From contig CP009479.1 in assembly GCA_000965745.1 (NCBI GenBank), positions 672,001 through 736,000 of the forward strand: DNA of 64,000 bases, written 5' to 3'. The position numbers and the translations under genes were made by a program. The first letter of the stretch is position 1. Every line of letters begins with the position of its first letter. Below, piece by piece: positions 42,881 through 54,266 of this stretch. The stretch is from an uncultured archaeon. GTDB lineage: Archaea > Thermoplasmatota > Thermoplasmata > Thermoplasmatales > Thermoplasmataceae. Under the pieces are notes generated by a model. It did not search any database. It was not told the origin of the DNA and worked only from the letters and a program-made list of their open reading frames with translations.

Positions 42881-45193
42881 GTGGAAACTCTTAATTCAAT
42901 TATACATAGAAACTGCAAGTACCCTAGTAAATGGGCAAAATACATTCTTCTGGTCGTTATTTTAATTATATCGGCTGTTCTCAGAATCTACTCCCTTTCT
43001 AACATCCCTCCTTCCCTATACTTTGACGAGATGAATAATCTTCAAAGCACACAATTCACTTTATCACACATTGGTTCGTACGTCAGTTCTCTCTCGTCTT
43101 TTAGAGTTTTATTTGATCAATTACTAAACGGCGACATTCTTAGCACAATATTGTTTGGTGGAAACATCAATTTTGCGGCTAGAATACCTACTGCAATCTA
43201 CGGAACAATTATGCCAATTTCAATTTATCTCTTTACCAAAGAGCTTCTTGGTAGCTCACGATATGGTTACTTTGCAGCACTCTTGTGGGCAATCTCTCCA
43301 CTTTCTATCATTAGTTCCCGGTATGAGCCTTCAAATGCGATATTTCCTGCTTTTATCTTTCTTATTTTCGTCTATTCTTTAACTAGGCTTAGAAATAGGA
43401 ATTATGCATTGAAGGATTATGCTTGGTTTCTACTAGTATTCTCACTATCAGTTGCTTTAGTTGCGAGACAAGTGACTGTATGGGCCGGTATCCCTATATT
43501 CTTAGTCTCTTATTTTTGGGTATTTACAGAACTCTATGTTAGATTAAAAAGAGTCGGAAAACAAAAATACCTGATATTGACATACCTACTTATAAGCATA
43601 ACCCTTGCTTTCTTGGTTTACGACTTACGGGATGCCATAACACAAAGCATTGGAATACCTGCTCAAATTGACCCCTTAAACTTAGGTATAGTGGGTGCAA
43701 TTTCATCATTATCCGTTAGGGCCTATTTTTTCATGAGGCCTCAGAACATGGTCGTAATTGATATATTCCCAACGAGTTATTTATCACACTCTCCAGACTT
43801 GACTCCAGTACTGTTTATCTCCGAGGCCATATTTTTCTATGCTTCTGTAGTATATCTGTTGTACAGATTTTACAAAGGTCACCAAAGATACGAAATATTG
43901 CTCTTATTTGTAATCTTTGTTGGTGGTTATTCGACTGCAATCTTGAATCAAGCCAATTCCCCTGACTTCACCAACCAGACTGAAGCCATTATTTCCGAGC
44001 CAATTATATTCATAATTACTTCCATCCTCTTTTTTAGACTATTTAAATCTCCCCTCATAGAACCTTCGATAGGTCTAGAATCCAATAAATCGCGCAAAAA
44101 AAATAAATTTTCCAACATAGCTCGAATCTTATCAGTATTATTCATTGCCCTATTAGTAGTTAATTTTACAGGTTTTGTGATTGATCTCTTTGACCATTAT
44201 GACGTTACTATGGAAACCAATACAAATTTTAACCCGTTTTATGCAACATATGGAATTGATGCGGTATCTAACTACATAGTCGCGAATAACTTATCCCAAG
44301 ACACAGTATACTATTACCCTTATGGAGACTTGGGCAACTATATCAACCTTACATCTAAGCCAAATATAGACTATTATTATTATCACCTTCATTTTCCTTC
44401 TCTTTGGTTAAAGGAGTATTCACATGATAAGATTAACAAGACCTCATTGTTGTATCCAGGACAATTTCCAACCCTTATCAATAATAGTGCAATTGTCATA
44501 ACTCAAAACAAAACTTACCAAAATCTACTCTCCTCAAATGGTTTCTCATATGAAGTTCTCAAACGTTTTTATCGCCCTAGTGGAATTACAGCATTCATAG
44601 TGTTAAAGGTCTACGGTAGAAATTCCCTCAATTACACCGGTTTTTATGAAAAGCACGTTCTATATCACCAAAAGTATTCTTATCTTACCATATCACAGAG
44701 AATATTAATCAATGAGAGTAGGGAATTCGGACATAATGGTAGTATTGTGATTGACGTCAACTCTTCAAACCTAAGAAATATCGGGAGGGTAACTGGCATT
44801 ATTACTTGGAATTTAAATTCAAGTTTGATCGGTTACGGTTACGCAAGTGATTTTCCATGGGTTAATGGAGGCAACCACTCTGTTCCAGTTTTGCGAGAAG
44901 TTCCCTTTTACAATAAAAGTCTACAGTTCAATATGACCCGGTACTTTGTACCTAATATTGACATTAAAAATAATATGACATACATGATGACAGTAACTTG
45001 GTCCCATTCAAAAATCTCGTGTTATTACAACAATTTTCTAGTTGGAAGTTACACCTATCCTCATAGTATGGTATTTAATCAAGGAGATATTTATTTCCAT
45101 AATCTAGGCATTACTTCCAACATTTACATTTTTAACTCGAGCATGCTACCTGGTTATGTGGCTGATATGTACTCCAATTTGATTTATCAATGA
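42881..45193 (+). CDS. GT-C (PMT/ArnT-like) membrane glycosyltransferase with C-terminal LamG-like beta domain
   Basis: LRIYSL..PP.LYFDE, FAARIP, AALLWAISP; C-terminal MTVTW..ISCYYNN. Confidence 0.8.
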   Translation: METLNSIIHRNCKYPSKWAKYILLVVILIISAVLRIYSLSNIPPSLYFDEMNNLQSTQFTLSHIGSYVSSLSSFRVLFDQLLNGDILSTILFGGNINFAARIPTAIYGTIMPISIYLFTKELLGSSRYGYFAALLWAISPLSIISSRYEPSNAIFPAFIFLIFVYSLTRLRNRNYALKDYAWFLLVFSLSVALVARQVTVWAGIPIFLVSYFWVFTELYVRLKRVGKQKYLILTYLLISITLAFLVYDLRDAITQSIGIPAQIDPLNLGIVGAISSLSVRAYFFMRPQNMVVIDIFPTSYLSHSPDLTPVLFISEAIFFYASVVYLLYRFYKGHQRYEILLLFVIFVGGYSTAILNQANSPDFTNQTEAIISEPIIFIITSILFFRLFKSPLIEPSIGLESNKSRKKNKFSNIARILSVLFIALLVVNFTGFVIDLFDHYDVTMETNTNFNPFYATYGIDAVSNYIVANNLSQDTVYYYPYGDLGNYINLTSKPNIDYYYYHLHFPSLWLKEYSHDKINKTSLLYPGQFPTLINNSAIVITQNKTYQNLLSSNGFSYEVLKRFYRPSGITAFIVLKVYGRNSLNYTGFYEKHVLYHQKYSYLTISQRILINESREFGHNGSIVIDVNSSNLRNIGRVTGIITWNLNSSLIGYGYASDFPWVNGGNHSVPVLREVPFYNKSLQFNMTRYFVPNIDIKNNMTYMMTVTWSHSKISCYYNNFLVGSYTYPHSMVFNQGDIYFHNLGITSNIYIFNSSMLPGYVADMYSNLIYQ

Positions 45194-45303
45194 GTTGCCT
45201 CAGAAATGATAGAATCAGAGTAATATTTTAGAAGTGATTGGCATGGCTCTGGTTTTGTGTGGTGTATCCTCCTATCAACAGTAAGGTCATCATCGAAGTC
45301 GGA

Positions 45304-46434
45304 TTAATCATAAGTGCGTGTCATTCTTAAACGACTCATGGCGTCACTTAGTGCTTTGCAATGTTTATCCCAGGTGTATCCTTTCGAAAGCTCAACGTTA
45401 TAATTTGAAATTTGATCCCACAAAGTGCGGTTCGTAAAAAGCTCATCGATTTTATCAGATACTTCTGAAGATCTTTCTTCGTCAAACTTGAATCCCGAAT
45501 GCCCCTCACAAAAAATCTCTTTTATACCAATACCGTCGTTTATTATAAGGGGAATTCCATATGATAGGGCTTCCATTGAACCCATGCCGGGACCCTTCTC
45601 GTTATATCCAAACCTGATAAATACCTTTGCTGAATTGTATAGCTGCTTAAGGTTCTCTTCACTTAAATCGCCAGTAACGCCAATTTTACTCCCCAGGTCA
45701 AGCTTAACTATAAGTTTCTTGAAAGAAGCCATGTATTCGTAATCGGCCCAGCTTCCAACGAGAAGTATTTTCCCGTGGGATAGGTTTTTAGCTATTTCTA
45801 ATAAGGTTTCAGGATGTCTACCATAATCCCACATCGTTACAGATATCGCAATATTTTCTCGCTCTTCAAACCTAGAGGTTGCACCCACATATTTTAGACC
45901 TGGCCTTAGCACAACTGATTCTTTCCCATAATACTTTTTGACTAAATTGGCATTGTCTTCTGAATTGGTTATAACACCAGATGCTGATGATAGTGAACGT
46001 TTAATGATCCAACTCCATAGTTTGCTCTTATCATGGACTTCATGTATTACAACAAAATTTTGATCGTTGTTTAGGATTTTTCCTTTCTTAGAGAAGAACG
46101 CTGCAAATTCATCAAAATATATTACGATATCATATCTATGCCTATTCTTTTCGAACTTCCATATAAGATCAAGATCGATAGTCGCATCTTTTCCTCTTTC
46201 AGGAGCGTACTGCCGAGTTATCAAGTGAAGAATCTTATTTAAAAACCTTTTTTGCACCGATTTATTATTCAGTATTCTGAAATTTATAGTCGATTCACTT
46301 AGAACTCTTTCAGTATCTCTTATGAATATCAAATCCACATCATGTCCCAATTTTCCCAGACCATCAGCTTCAGCAAAAGCAGTTCTCTGGACACCTCCGG
46401 GCCATAGTATTCTAACAACTATTGCGATATACAT
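45304..46434 (-). CDS. Glycosyltransferase family 4
   Basis: PGGVQR, EKGPGMGSMEALSYGIP. Confidence 0.88.
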   Translation of the reverse strand: MYIAIVVRILWPGGVQRTAFAEADGLGKLGHDVDLIFIRDTERVLSESTINFRILNNKSVQKRFLNKILHLITRQYAPERGKDATIDLDLIWKFEKNRHRYDIVIYFDEFAAFFSKKGKILNNDQNFVVIHEVHDKSKLWSWIIKRSLSSASGVITNSEDNANLVKKYYGKESVVLRPGLKYVGATSRFEERENIAISVTMWDYGRHPETLLEIAKNLSHGKILLVGSWADYEYMASFKKLIVKLDLGSKIGVTGDLSEENLKQLYNSAKVFIRFGYNEKGPGMGSMEALSYGIPLIINDGIGIKEIFCEGHSGFKFDEERSSEVSDKIDELFTNRTLWDQISNYNVELSKGYTWDKHCKALSDAMSRLRMTRTYD

Positions 46435-46489
46435 TTATTGTACTGTGAAAGGTATGTCACTTAAACATTAAGTATTTTATTCAAGACTT

Positions 46490-47490
46490 TAGTGCGTTGC
46501 ACAATTCAATAGGCATGTGTCATCTCTCTCATGATGTTGTAGTACTGCACCTTCAGGGCGATCTCCTGAACTATGTAATCAGACCTGACAGCCTTGATCA
46601 CCTCACCCATTGTTCTCTTGAGACCTGAGAAATATATCTCTACATTCCACCGTTTCCCATACTGTACCGATTCCTTCCACCTCTTCTCAGATGTCCTTCT
46701 GATCTGTCTGACAACCTTAGCCCTTGCCGGTGATCCCCTGGATTGTGTGGAGGCGTTCTTCCTTGGCGGTATTATTGTGCCATGCCCAAAGTCATTGAAT
46801 ATCTTCTTTGAATCATATCCCTTGTCTCCGTATATCCTCAGTATTCTGTCCCTGACAGATTCCAGTATCTTTCTGCCCTCCTTCGCATCATGGACATGCT
46901 CATCGGTGATGGAGAAGGAGAGCACCGAGACATCATGTATTGAGATGACCGCATGGAGCTTGTTCCATCCTCTTCTGCGGCGATTCCATTTAGTACCCAG
47001 ATAATCGCCCCTGATAGTGATCTTGAAACCGGTGGAATCAATGGCACAGTCCACCGGTTTCCCATCAGTATGGGGAAGAGTTGGCACGATCTTCCTGATC
47101 CTCCTGAATATGTTGGTATAGCACACTGTCCTGATTCCCGAGATCCTGGAGAATACCCTGGCAATTCCTTCAAGAGACCTGAAGGGAACGCTGTACAGTG
47201 CTCTCAGCTTCGCAAGGAATGTTATGAACGCATTTGGTGTTTTGAAGGGATGTCCTCTCTTTCCTCTGTTGTTATCCTGCAGCAGGTTCTTCCAGTTCAT
47301 GAGGAATGAAGGGTCCATGAGGTCTTCAACCCTGTTCACCAAGGATCGGTTGTACCTGTCATGCCTTCGGTTAGAACCAACCCAATATCTTCTTGTGCTT
47401 CTATTGCCTATTGCAGTGATTTGTTGTGGTGTCATAACAACAAATCGTTCCCCTGTATTTCATTATACAGGGGAATTATGCAACACACTA
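46490..47490 (-). mobile_element. IS5-family (IS903-like) element, transposase 46506-47435
   Basis: IRs TAGTGCGTTGCACAATT and AATTATGCAACACACTA; 9-bp TSD TCAAGACTT; IDSTG, WNKLH, GDKGYD, YGKRWNVE. Confidence 0.93.
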
Positions 47491-47548
47491 TCAAGACTTT
47501 AAAACAGATGGATTTGTATAATCATTCACACAGAGAATTCTACCTCTT

Positions 47549-48807
47549 GATGGTGTGCGTGAATTGCTGTAAAAATTGAAAAGGGTCCTGCAAGATTTGG
47601 ATGTGAGTTGACCCAAAAATGCAGGACCAATTGAACATGGTGGAGGACCTAATTAGAGGTTTCCTCAAGGACAACAGAGAAGGCAAGAAACAGCTGATCG
47701 AGTGGTTTCTGAACGAAGTCATGGACAGGGAAGCGATGGATCAGATCAGGGCGAAATGGTACGAGAGATCTGAGCAGAGGAAAGCACACAGGAATGGCAA
47801 GAGGAAGAGATCACTGAAGACATCGGACGGCGATCTCACTCTGGAGAAGCCTCAGATACGCGAGTTTCCATTCGAAACTCAGGTATTTAACCGGTACAGC
47901 AGAGTCGAGAGAGCAGTTGAATCAGCAATCCTAGAATCGTACATACAGGGTGTCTCAACAAGGAGAGTGAAGAGCATTGTTGAGAGCCTGGGAGCGGGGA
48001 AGGTATCCCCGTCCTATGTCTCATCACTCTCCTCCGATCTGGATCAAAAGGTGAAGGAATTCCTTGAGCGTCCCATCGAACAGCCGATAATGTACATGTA
48101 TGTGGATGCCACATACATCAAGGTACGCCAGGACTCAAGGTACAGAAGCATGGCCTTGTACATAGCCGCCGGTGTGAGAGAGGATGGATATCGTGAAATT
48201 CTAGGCGCAAGACTGTACGATTCTGAAACTGAGATAGATTATGAGTCATTCTTCGATGATCTGAAGGAAAGGGACTGAGAGGATTAGAGCTGGTGATATC
48301 AGATGGCCATAAAGGAATCAGGGAAGCAGTACTCCGATCATTTCCAGGTGCATCATGGCAGTTCTGCCATGTGCATTTCATCAGGAATCTGATGAAGAAG
48401 GTCTCCAGGAAAAGATGGTCATCAGTCTCACTTATCGTGAAGGAATCACTGGAGAATCCCTCACTCATGCCACTGGCACAGCAGGCCTTGATCGATAATG
48501 GGATGGACAGAGCTGCTGAGATGTACGATAGATGGTCGGATTCACTGTACAACTATCAGTCCTGTCCACAGCAGCACTGGCGCAGGATAAGGACAACAAA
48601 CATGATGGAGCGGTTGAACTATGAGGTCAAGCGACGCACAAAGAAGGTTGGTGCGTTTCCATCTGAGAAAGCATTGATCAGGTTAGCAGGTTCCATTCTA
48701 ATGGACATGAATGAAGAATGGATCACTAGGAGAAAGTATTTGAGGATCGAGGATTTGCACGATCAGTAGGACTCTGATCAATTCTACAGCAGTCTCTGCA
48801 CATGACC
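47549..48807 (+). mobile_element. IS256-family element, copy 2
   Basis: Same ends as copy 1; 8-bp TSD TACCTCTT (47541-47548 and 48808-48815). Confidence 0.93.
47619..48769 (+). pseudogene. IS256 transposase, frameshifted near 48271
   Basis: GAAAGGGACTG here versus GAAAGAGGACTG in copy 1. Confidence 0.88.
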
Positions 48808-48886
48808 TACCTCTTTGTGTTTGATATGATTTTCTTAACAGTTAAGTAGCTTAAGTTATATTACGTCCTTTAACATCGTATGTTAG

Positions 48887-50053
48887 ATGCATGAGGATTT
48901 TAGACCAAGTGTAAACATCTATTCGGAGGCCCCACTTTCTTTCTTCGGAGGAGGAGAGAGAATAGCTGCAAAAATAGGGAACTATCTCGTATCTAAAGGC
49001 TACAAAGTTACATATTACGAGCCTAATAATTCTAAAAATGTAAAACGCATAAGCGAAGAGGAAGTTAGTAAAATGATTAATTTTGACATAGATCAAATTA
49101 CCTTTAAGAAAGCTCCCTTTTTCTTTGGTCAATCGTTACCTGACCCTTCTGCTTTTGACATCCGGGCAATATCTTTGGTTCTCCTCAGGCGATTCCCTTC
49201 GAAGTCTTATATGAGAAAAATAGCCAGTGTTGGATCGAAAGTGGTCTTTTGCCTTCATGGAACTGCTATGGAACCAAAAATCCACCTAAACCCTATTGTA
49301 CTGGCGCATCAACTTGTAATGAGGAATGGTCTTTCAAAATTTGCTTCAGAAGTGAAAAAGAATCACTTGATATATGTACAATTTTTTTCGGAAACTATCC
49401 AATCCATATTACAAAGGAAAGGTGTGCAAGACGATCAAATTTTTAAAATCAAAAACGGTGTTGAAACATCGCACTATCAACCTAAGAGAAACGACGACTG
49501 TTTTACGGTCCTTTTTGCCGGAAGAATTGAAAATCTAAGTAAAGGAATTAAAAGATTGAAAAAAACCATAAAAATGACTTATAAGATAGACAAAAATATT
49601 CAATTCGCCGTAATTGGGACCGGAAAAGATAAACATTTGCTAAACAATTTGCCTCCAAATTCAAGTTATCTGGGTTTTGTTACGGAAATCGAACGCCTGA
49701 ATGCTTTTCATAATTCAAACTTGTTGATTGTGACTTCCAACCTTGAACCTTACGGGATCGTTGTTGTAGAGGGTCTTTTTTCAGGCTTACCAGTAGTAAC
49801 GTCTCCTGCTGATGGGCCAAAGAATATAGTAGAACATAATGGAATTTTCGGGAAGGTCTCCTCATTCAGACCCAGAACGCTAGCCGAAACAATATCTGAA
49901 TATTATCATCTTTGGGACGAGGATAAAAAAGCTTATTTTGACTTAAAGACAACCATATCCATTGAAGCAAAGAGGTCATTCGACGAAGAACTGATGACAG
50001 AAAGTTATCATTCCATGATTGCTGATCTCTGGGAAAAGGGCAACGGTGTTTAG
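48887..50053 (+). CDS. Glycosyltransferase family 4
   Basis: GGGER, FAGRI..KG, EPYGIVVVEGLFSGLPVV. Confidence 0.9.
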   Translation: MHEDFRPSVNIYSEAPLSFFGGGERIAAKIGNYLVSKGYKVTYYEPNNSKNVKRISEEEVSKMINFDIDQITFKKAPFFFGQSLPDPSAFDIRAISLVLLRRFPSKSYMRKIASVGSKVVFCLHGTAMEPKIHLNPIVLAHQLVMRNGLSKFASEVKKNHLIYVQFFSETIQSILQRKGVQDDQIFKIKNGVETSHYQPKRNDDCFTVLFAGRIENLSKGIKRLKKTIKMTYKIDKNIQFAVIGTGKDKHLLNNLPPNSSYLGFVTEIERLNAFHNSNLLIVTSNLEPYGIVVVEGLFSGLPVVTSPADGPKNIVEHNGIFGKVSSFRPRTLAETISEYYHLWDEDKKAYFDLKTTISIEAKRSFDEELMTESYHSMIADLWEKGNGV

Positions 50054-50060
50054 AAAGCAT

Positions 50061-51218
50061 TTAAGTTTGCAACAGTATGTCGATGTTGTCTAACACCTCA
50101 TCAAGTTTTCGTTTAATCCTTAATCTGTACCTATTCCTTCTATACATCAGAACGGTTCTTATTGCATCTTGTAGGTTATCCCTTTTGCAAAGATGGACAA
50201 ATTCTAATCCATTTGCCTGTTCTCTATACTCAGCAAAATCTATTGCTACAGTTTCAACTTCAAAGAATATTGCTTGTTCTAGTACTCCAGAGTGGCCGCC
50301 AGGAGTGTTATATGGAAGTATCAACAGATCAGATTTCGTATAAAGCGACAAAATTTTCTTTTCGTCAATATATCCTAAGTAGCTACCAATTATATCGGAG
50401 AATTCATCTATAATTTTCATGAACTGCTTTTCGTATAACGGGAAGTGTTTATTGATCCCTCCTGATATTATAAGATTGAATATTAGTCCTTCATCACTAA
50501 TTTTTGACAACGCTTCCAATGCAGCTCTTAGGTTCTTTTGTGGCCCCCAGAAGCCGTGCAAGAGAACCGTTGGAACATCATCATTTCTCTTGTTTTGAAA
50601 TTCAACAGTATCTAGTAGATCATTTAAGAACAAGGTGGGAATCGCCTCAAGATACCTGCCACTTGAATATCTCACACGGTTTAAGCCAATCCTCTCGTCA
50701 ATCGCCTTCTTATAAAGCTCTACTAGCACAATGGTATCAATGAGCTTGAACATCGCTTTTTCAATAAAACCTAAGACCCTAGACCTAACTCTATCATAGA
50801 AGGTGTCATAACCAAGAAGCGCGACATTGTTCGTATACACTGAGTTGTGGTAGACGACCCTCAGGCCAGGCGTGCGAAAAATGGCGGCCATGGTGATGGG
50901 AACGAGAAGGCCGAATAGATTGGGGAGTGATGTGGAACCGAAACCGGTCGGAAGTATGTTGAAAATAATCCTGTCGTAGTTAATTCTCCTTATCTTGAAT
51001 AAGGTCAGAACAGATAGGGCGTCACCATACCGATAAGTCTCAATGACCCTGATTTTCTTGTGATGATTCTTTACGTGGGAACCTTTGTCCGAATAGGGAC
51101 AGAATACATCAATGCTCTCCACCTCCTCATTCAGGGCCAGGAGAAACACTATCGATGCTCCCACCGTATTAAGGCCCCTACCGTGATCGAGAAAGTCACC
51201 CACGTATGCTATCCTCAA
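50061..51218 (-). CDS. Glycosyltransferase family 4-like
   Basis: HGFWGPQKN, SDLLILPY..SGVLEQA. Confidence 0.82.
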   Translation of the reverse strand: MRIAYVGDFLDHGRGLNTVGASIVFLLALNEEVESIDVFCPYSDKGSHVKNHHKKIRVIETYRYGDALSVLTLFKIRRINYDRIIFNILPTGFGSTSLPNLFGLLVPITMAAIFRTPGLRVVYHNSVYTNNVALLGYDTFYDRVRSRVLGFIEKAMFKLIDTIVLVELYKKAIDERIGLNRVRYSSGRYLEAIPTLFLNDLLDTVEFQNKRNDDVPTVLLHGFWGPQKNLRAALEALSKISDEGLIFNLIISGGINKHFPLYEKQFMKIIDEFSDIIGSYLGYIDEKKILSLYTKSDLLILPYNTPGGHSGVLEQAIFFEVETVAIDFAEYREQANGLEFVHLCKRDNLQDAIRTVLMYRRNRYRLRIKRKLDEVLDNIDILLQT

Positions 51219-51313
51219 TAGAGGGATAAAGAGACACAGTGATTAAAATATTCCTCTTGAGAAATACTTAAATATATAGGTGTCCGGTAGCGCATGAATA
51301 TCCACTCATGATC

Positions 51314-51366
51314 GTCCGGATTCATGTCCGGAACCCCGTCCGATATACTGTCCGTGTTGATGTCCG
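51314..51366. repeat. Five GTCCG motifs at an exact 12-bp period
   Basis: GTCCG at 51314, 51326, 51338, 51350, 51362; one extra at 51282. Confidence 0.85.
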
Positions 51367-51660
51367 AGCGTACGGATCATGGCTGATCGATCCCATTTCA
51401 ATGTGATGAAAGATCATGGGAAATTTCTGTTTTCTCCATTTGATAACTCAGAAGTGTCCTTGCAGAATCCCAAAAGATTCCACGAGGTTTCTCACCATAC
51501 TACCCCTCCTGTTTGAGTTTAACTCTGAAAAAGCTGCCCAAGCTGGACATCAAAGAGTGGATGTATGAAAGGCAAGTTGCGTGGGACGTTTTCCGGAAAA
51601 ATGGAAAAGTCTGTTTATCGCAGTAATAGAGCGTGTGGCCAAACAAATTAGTGAAAAAGT

Positions 51661-51689
51661 GGCTACACAGTGGCAGCCCATGTGTAGCC
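51661..51689. promoter_or_regulatory. 9-bp inverted repeat just upstream of the HTH gene, candidate operator
   Basis: GGCTACACA-N11-TGTGTAGCC, 10 nt before ATG 51700. Confidence 0.45.
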
Positions 51690-51699
51690 CAATCTTAAT

Positions 51700-53745
51700 A
51701 TGAATAATTTTGATGTTAATCTTTATGGAAAAATAGCCAAAATAATATCCCTTCATATCCAGGGATTTTCAGTAAGAGAAATAACTCAAAAGACCGGCAA
51801 GGCAAAGAGCACAGTGCAGGACTACATCAATAGATGGCGTAGTCACCAGCTGTCAGCCCTCAGTGACGCCGTGCCACTCGAGGAGGAGCTTATCGAGCTA
51901 TCAAGATACACCAAGGAGAATGGCATCCCCCTAGAGAGTGTGAAAGAAGCCCTCACGCATCAGGGGATAGTCTCAGACCTCGGTATTGATTCAGAGCCAT
52001 ACTACAAGATACTTCTTTTCCTCAAGGACCAGCGGGAGCCTGTTGCAGTTATAAGTGAGCTGTTCTCGGTCATCCACGAGCTTGCATTGTCGGGGATAAC
52101 GCCTTCCAAGCTGGCTGAGGATGTGCGTGCTGCTAATGAAGGGATCAATGACGATAAGAAGCTTCTGAGAGATCTTCAGTCTGAGAACTCAAGGCTGACA
52201 GAGGAGAACGCGAAACGGAAGGAGGAGAACAGGAAAGGTATGGAAGAATACTCAGAACTCAAAGGCTGTATCCGGGAGAAGCAACAGTCCCTTAATGACA
52301 TTGAAAAAAGGCTACTGGATAAGAATGATACCGTTGAGAGGGTGACAAAACTTGAAGAATTCATGTCCAGGCATCACATAGAAGGTGAGGAGCTGATAAA
52401 ATTTTCAGACAATGCAAAGGCCATGGGATACGATGTCCGCCTCCTGTCCGGCATGAAGTACATGAACGTGGTGGGGGACAAGAATGGCCTAACTCATGAG
52501 GAGCTGGGGTCGCTTGTAGAGGACTGGAAATACCTGTCTAACCATGGTGTAAACAGCAGCGGAATAAGGCATATGGCCAATAAAATGAGGTCTTCGGGCG
52601 TCCAGGAATCCGACGTCGTGAAGAGATTCGTTGAATATTGCCGGAACATGGAGGCGCATGAAGATGAGCTGCGTGATGTCAATGGACAGGTTGCCACGGC
52701 ACGCAAAGAGCTGAAGAAACTAGAATGGGATAGAACTAGGGAGAAGGAGAAATGGGTGAAGGAGATTGCCACCCTGGACCTAGAGAAGAAAGAGTATGAG
52801 GGGGAGATAGAATCTTTGAAGGCCGAGCGCGACGAACTGTCCGACGCAATGGACTTTAGGAACAGCCAATACCAGGAGGCTGAGAATAGGGCCGCTGATG
52901 CCCTTGAGAGGCTAGGTGTAGTTTCCGATTACAGTAGGGGGATCTCAGACCTTCAGAAGAGGATTGAATCCCTTGAGAGTGAACGTGACAATCTAGTTTC
53001 AGGAAACCCCGAGCTAAAGAAGATTCGTGACGAATTAAACGATGGCATCACCCTCGGGAGGAGCATCAGGAAGGTCTTCAGGTCTGCTGGCTCAAATGCA
53101 GGATACCTTCTCGAGGGAGGCGCAAACATTCCGGAGGAGGAGGGCGTAATACATGTTTCCCTTAACAGCAATAAGAACAGGAAGGCGGCGAACGAGGTCT
53201 TCAAGATCCTGTTTGAAATAGTATCACGCTACGATGTAATCATTTCACATGGAGGGATTCCATCCGGTTTTCCTGAAAATGCTGAACTTCAGAAGCTTCA
53301 CAGCTGCTGAAAGGATGCGGATAAGCTTGAGGAGACTCTTGAAGAAATGTCTGGAGACAGTATCACGATAATAATGAGGATAATGAACACATCTGATTCA
53401 GTGCCGGAGTGGTTCCGCCCAGCGATGGATCAGGCTGGTCGGAGGACCTTAGAAGAAAACATCAGAAAGAAGGCGAGTAAGGCATTTGAAAGACAAATCG
53501 ATGAAGGCATGATTACGGTTGCAGGAGGCGGCACCATTAGTATTCATGATAAATTTAACGTAGAGTACCCTACAGAAGAAGACACCCCAGTATCTATCGC
53601 CATGGTCTCTGTGTCCTCGGTACCGCAGTCACTCAAGAACGGTCGTGATTATGTGGAAGCCATCACTCCATCTGAGATCAGGATAGAGTTGTGCAACGCA
53701 ATCATATCCATGATGAGATTGTGGCTGAAATTTCAGAGTAACTGA
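51700..53745 (+). pseudogene. N-terminal HTH plus long coiled-coil protein, interrupted by one in-frame TGA (53308-53310)
   Basis: GFSVREITQKTGKAKSTVQDYI HTH; heptad E/K/L-rich body; ORF 53347-53745 is in the same frame with no other stop. Confidence 0.65.
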
Positions 53746-53932
53746 AGCATCAGGGTGGAGCAATATCGGGCTGAATCATGTTCTCACAAGGCATCGTTAT
53801 CTCAGAAGTGCAGGAGTAGCGGCGTAAGAACGATTGTCCCACTCTTGCTCTATCAGAACCAGCCCGTCCGCCTTTTGTTGAAGTTCAATGTGCAGTTCCG
53901 AGCGTGAACCGTTGAGAAATGTAGGTGTAAAA

Positions 53933-54169
53933 CTACGCCTCATTGTATCGAGTACCGTTCAAGACCATACAGTCAAACCTGACCACGCAGAATGGCTCAT
54001 CTTCTTCACATAAGTAGAATTTTGCCGTTTCATTTTCAATGCTGTAGCTTTCAAACTGGTACTCCTCGGTGTATTCATTACCACCAGCAATATGGTACTC
54101 CAATGCGATGTAGGAGATGTCCTCAACCTTGAACCTACCTTCATACTTTGAGATAGTGAGGTTTATCAT
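53933..54169 (-). CDS. Small hypothetical protein
   Basis: 78-aa acidic, beta-rich ORF. Confidence 0.55.
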   Translation of the reverse strand: MINLTISKYEGRFKVEDISYIALEYHIAGGNEYTEEYQFESYSIENETAKFYLCEEDEPFCVVRFDCMVLNGTRYNEA

Positions 54170-54266
54170 TTTTACCAGATAATTGTACCCGTAGATGCTT
54201 CATTACATTATCCGTGAGGGTGAAAAATGAGGAATGACATGGTTCAGTCCCTTAACCTATAAGATT

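Noticed and set aside
25366-48807. Composite transposon bounded by the two IS256 copies
   Set aside because: Each copy has its own different 8-bp TSD, so they inserted independently.
51314-51366. Mini-CRISPR array or coding repeat
   Set aside because: Units are far too short and no cas genes are present; the minus-strand xD repeat frame has a stop just upstream and no start.
53308-53310. Selenocysteine codon
   Set aside because: No redox motif context or recognisable SECIS; Sec is not expected in this lineage.
51275-54261. TATAGGT/ACCTATA as terminal inverted repeats of the HTH-coiled-coil block
   Set aside because: Only 7 bp match and no convincing TSD, which is compatible with chance.
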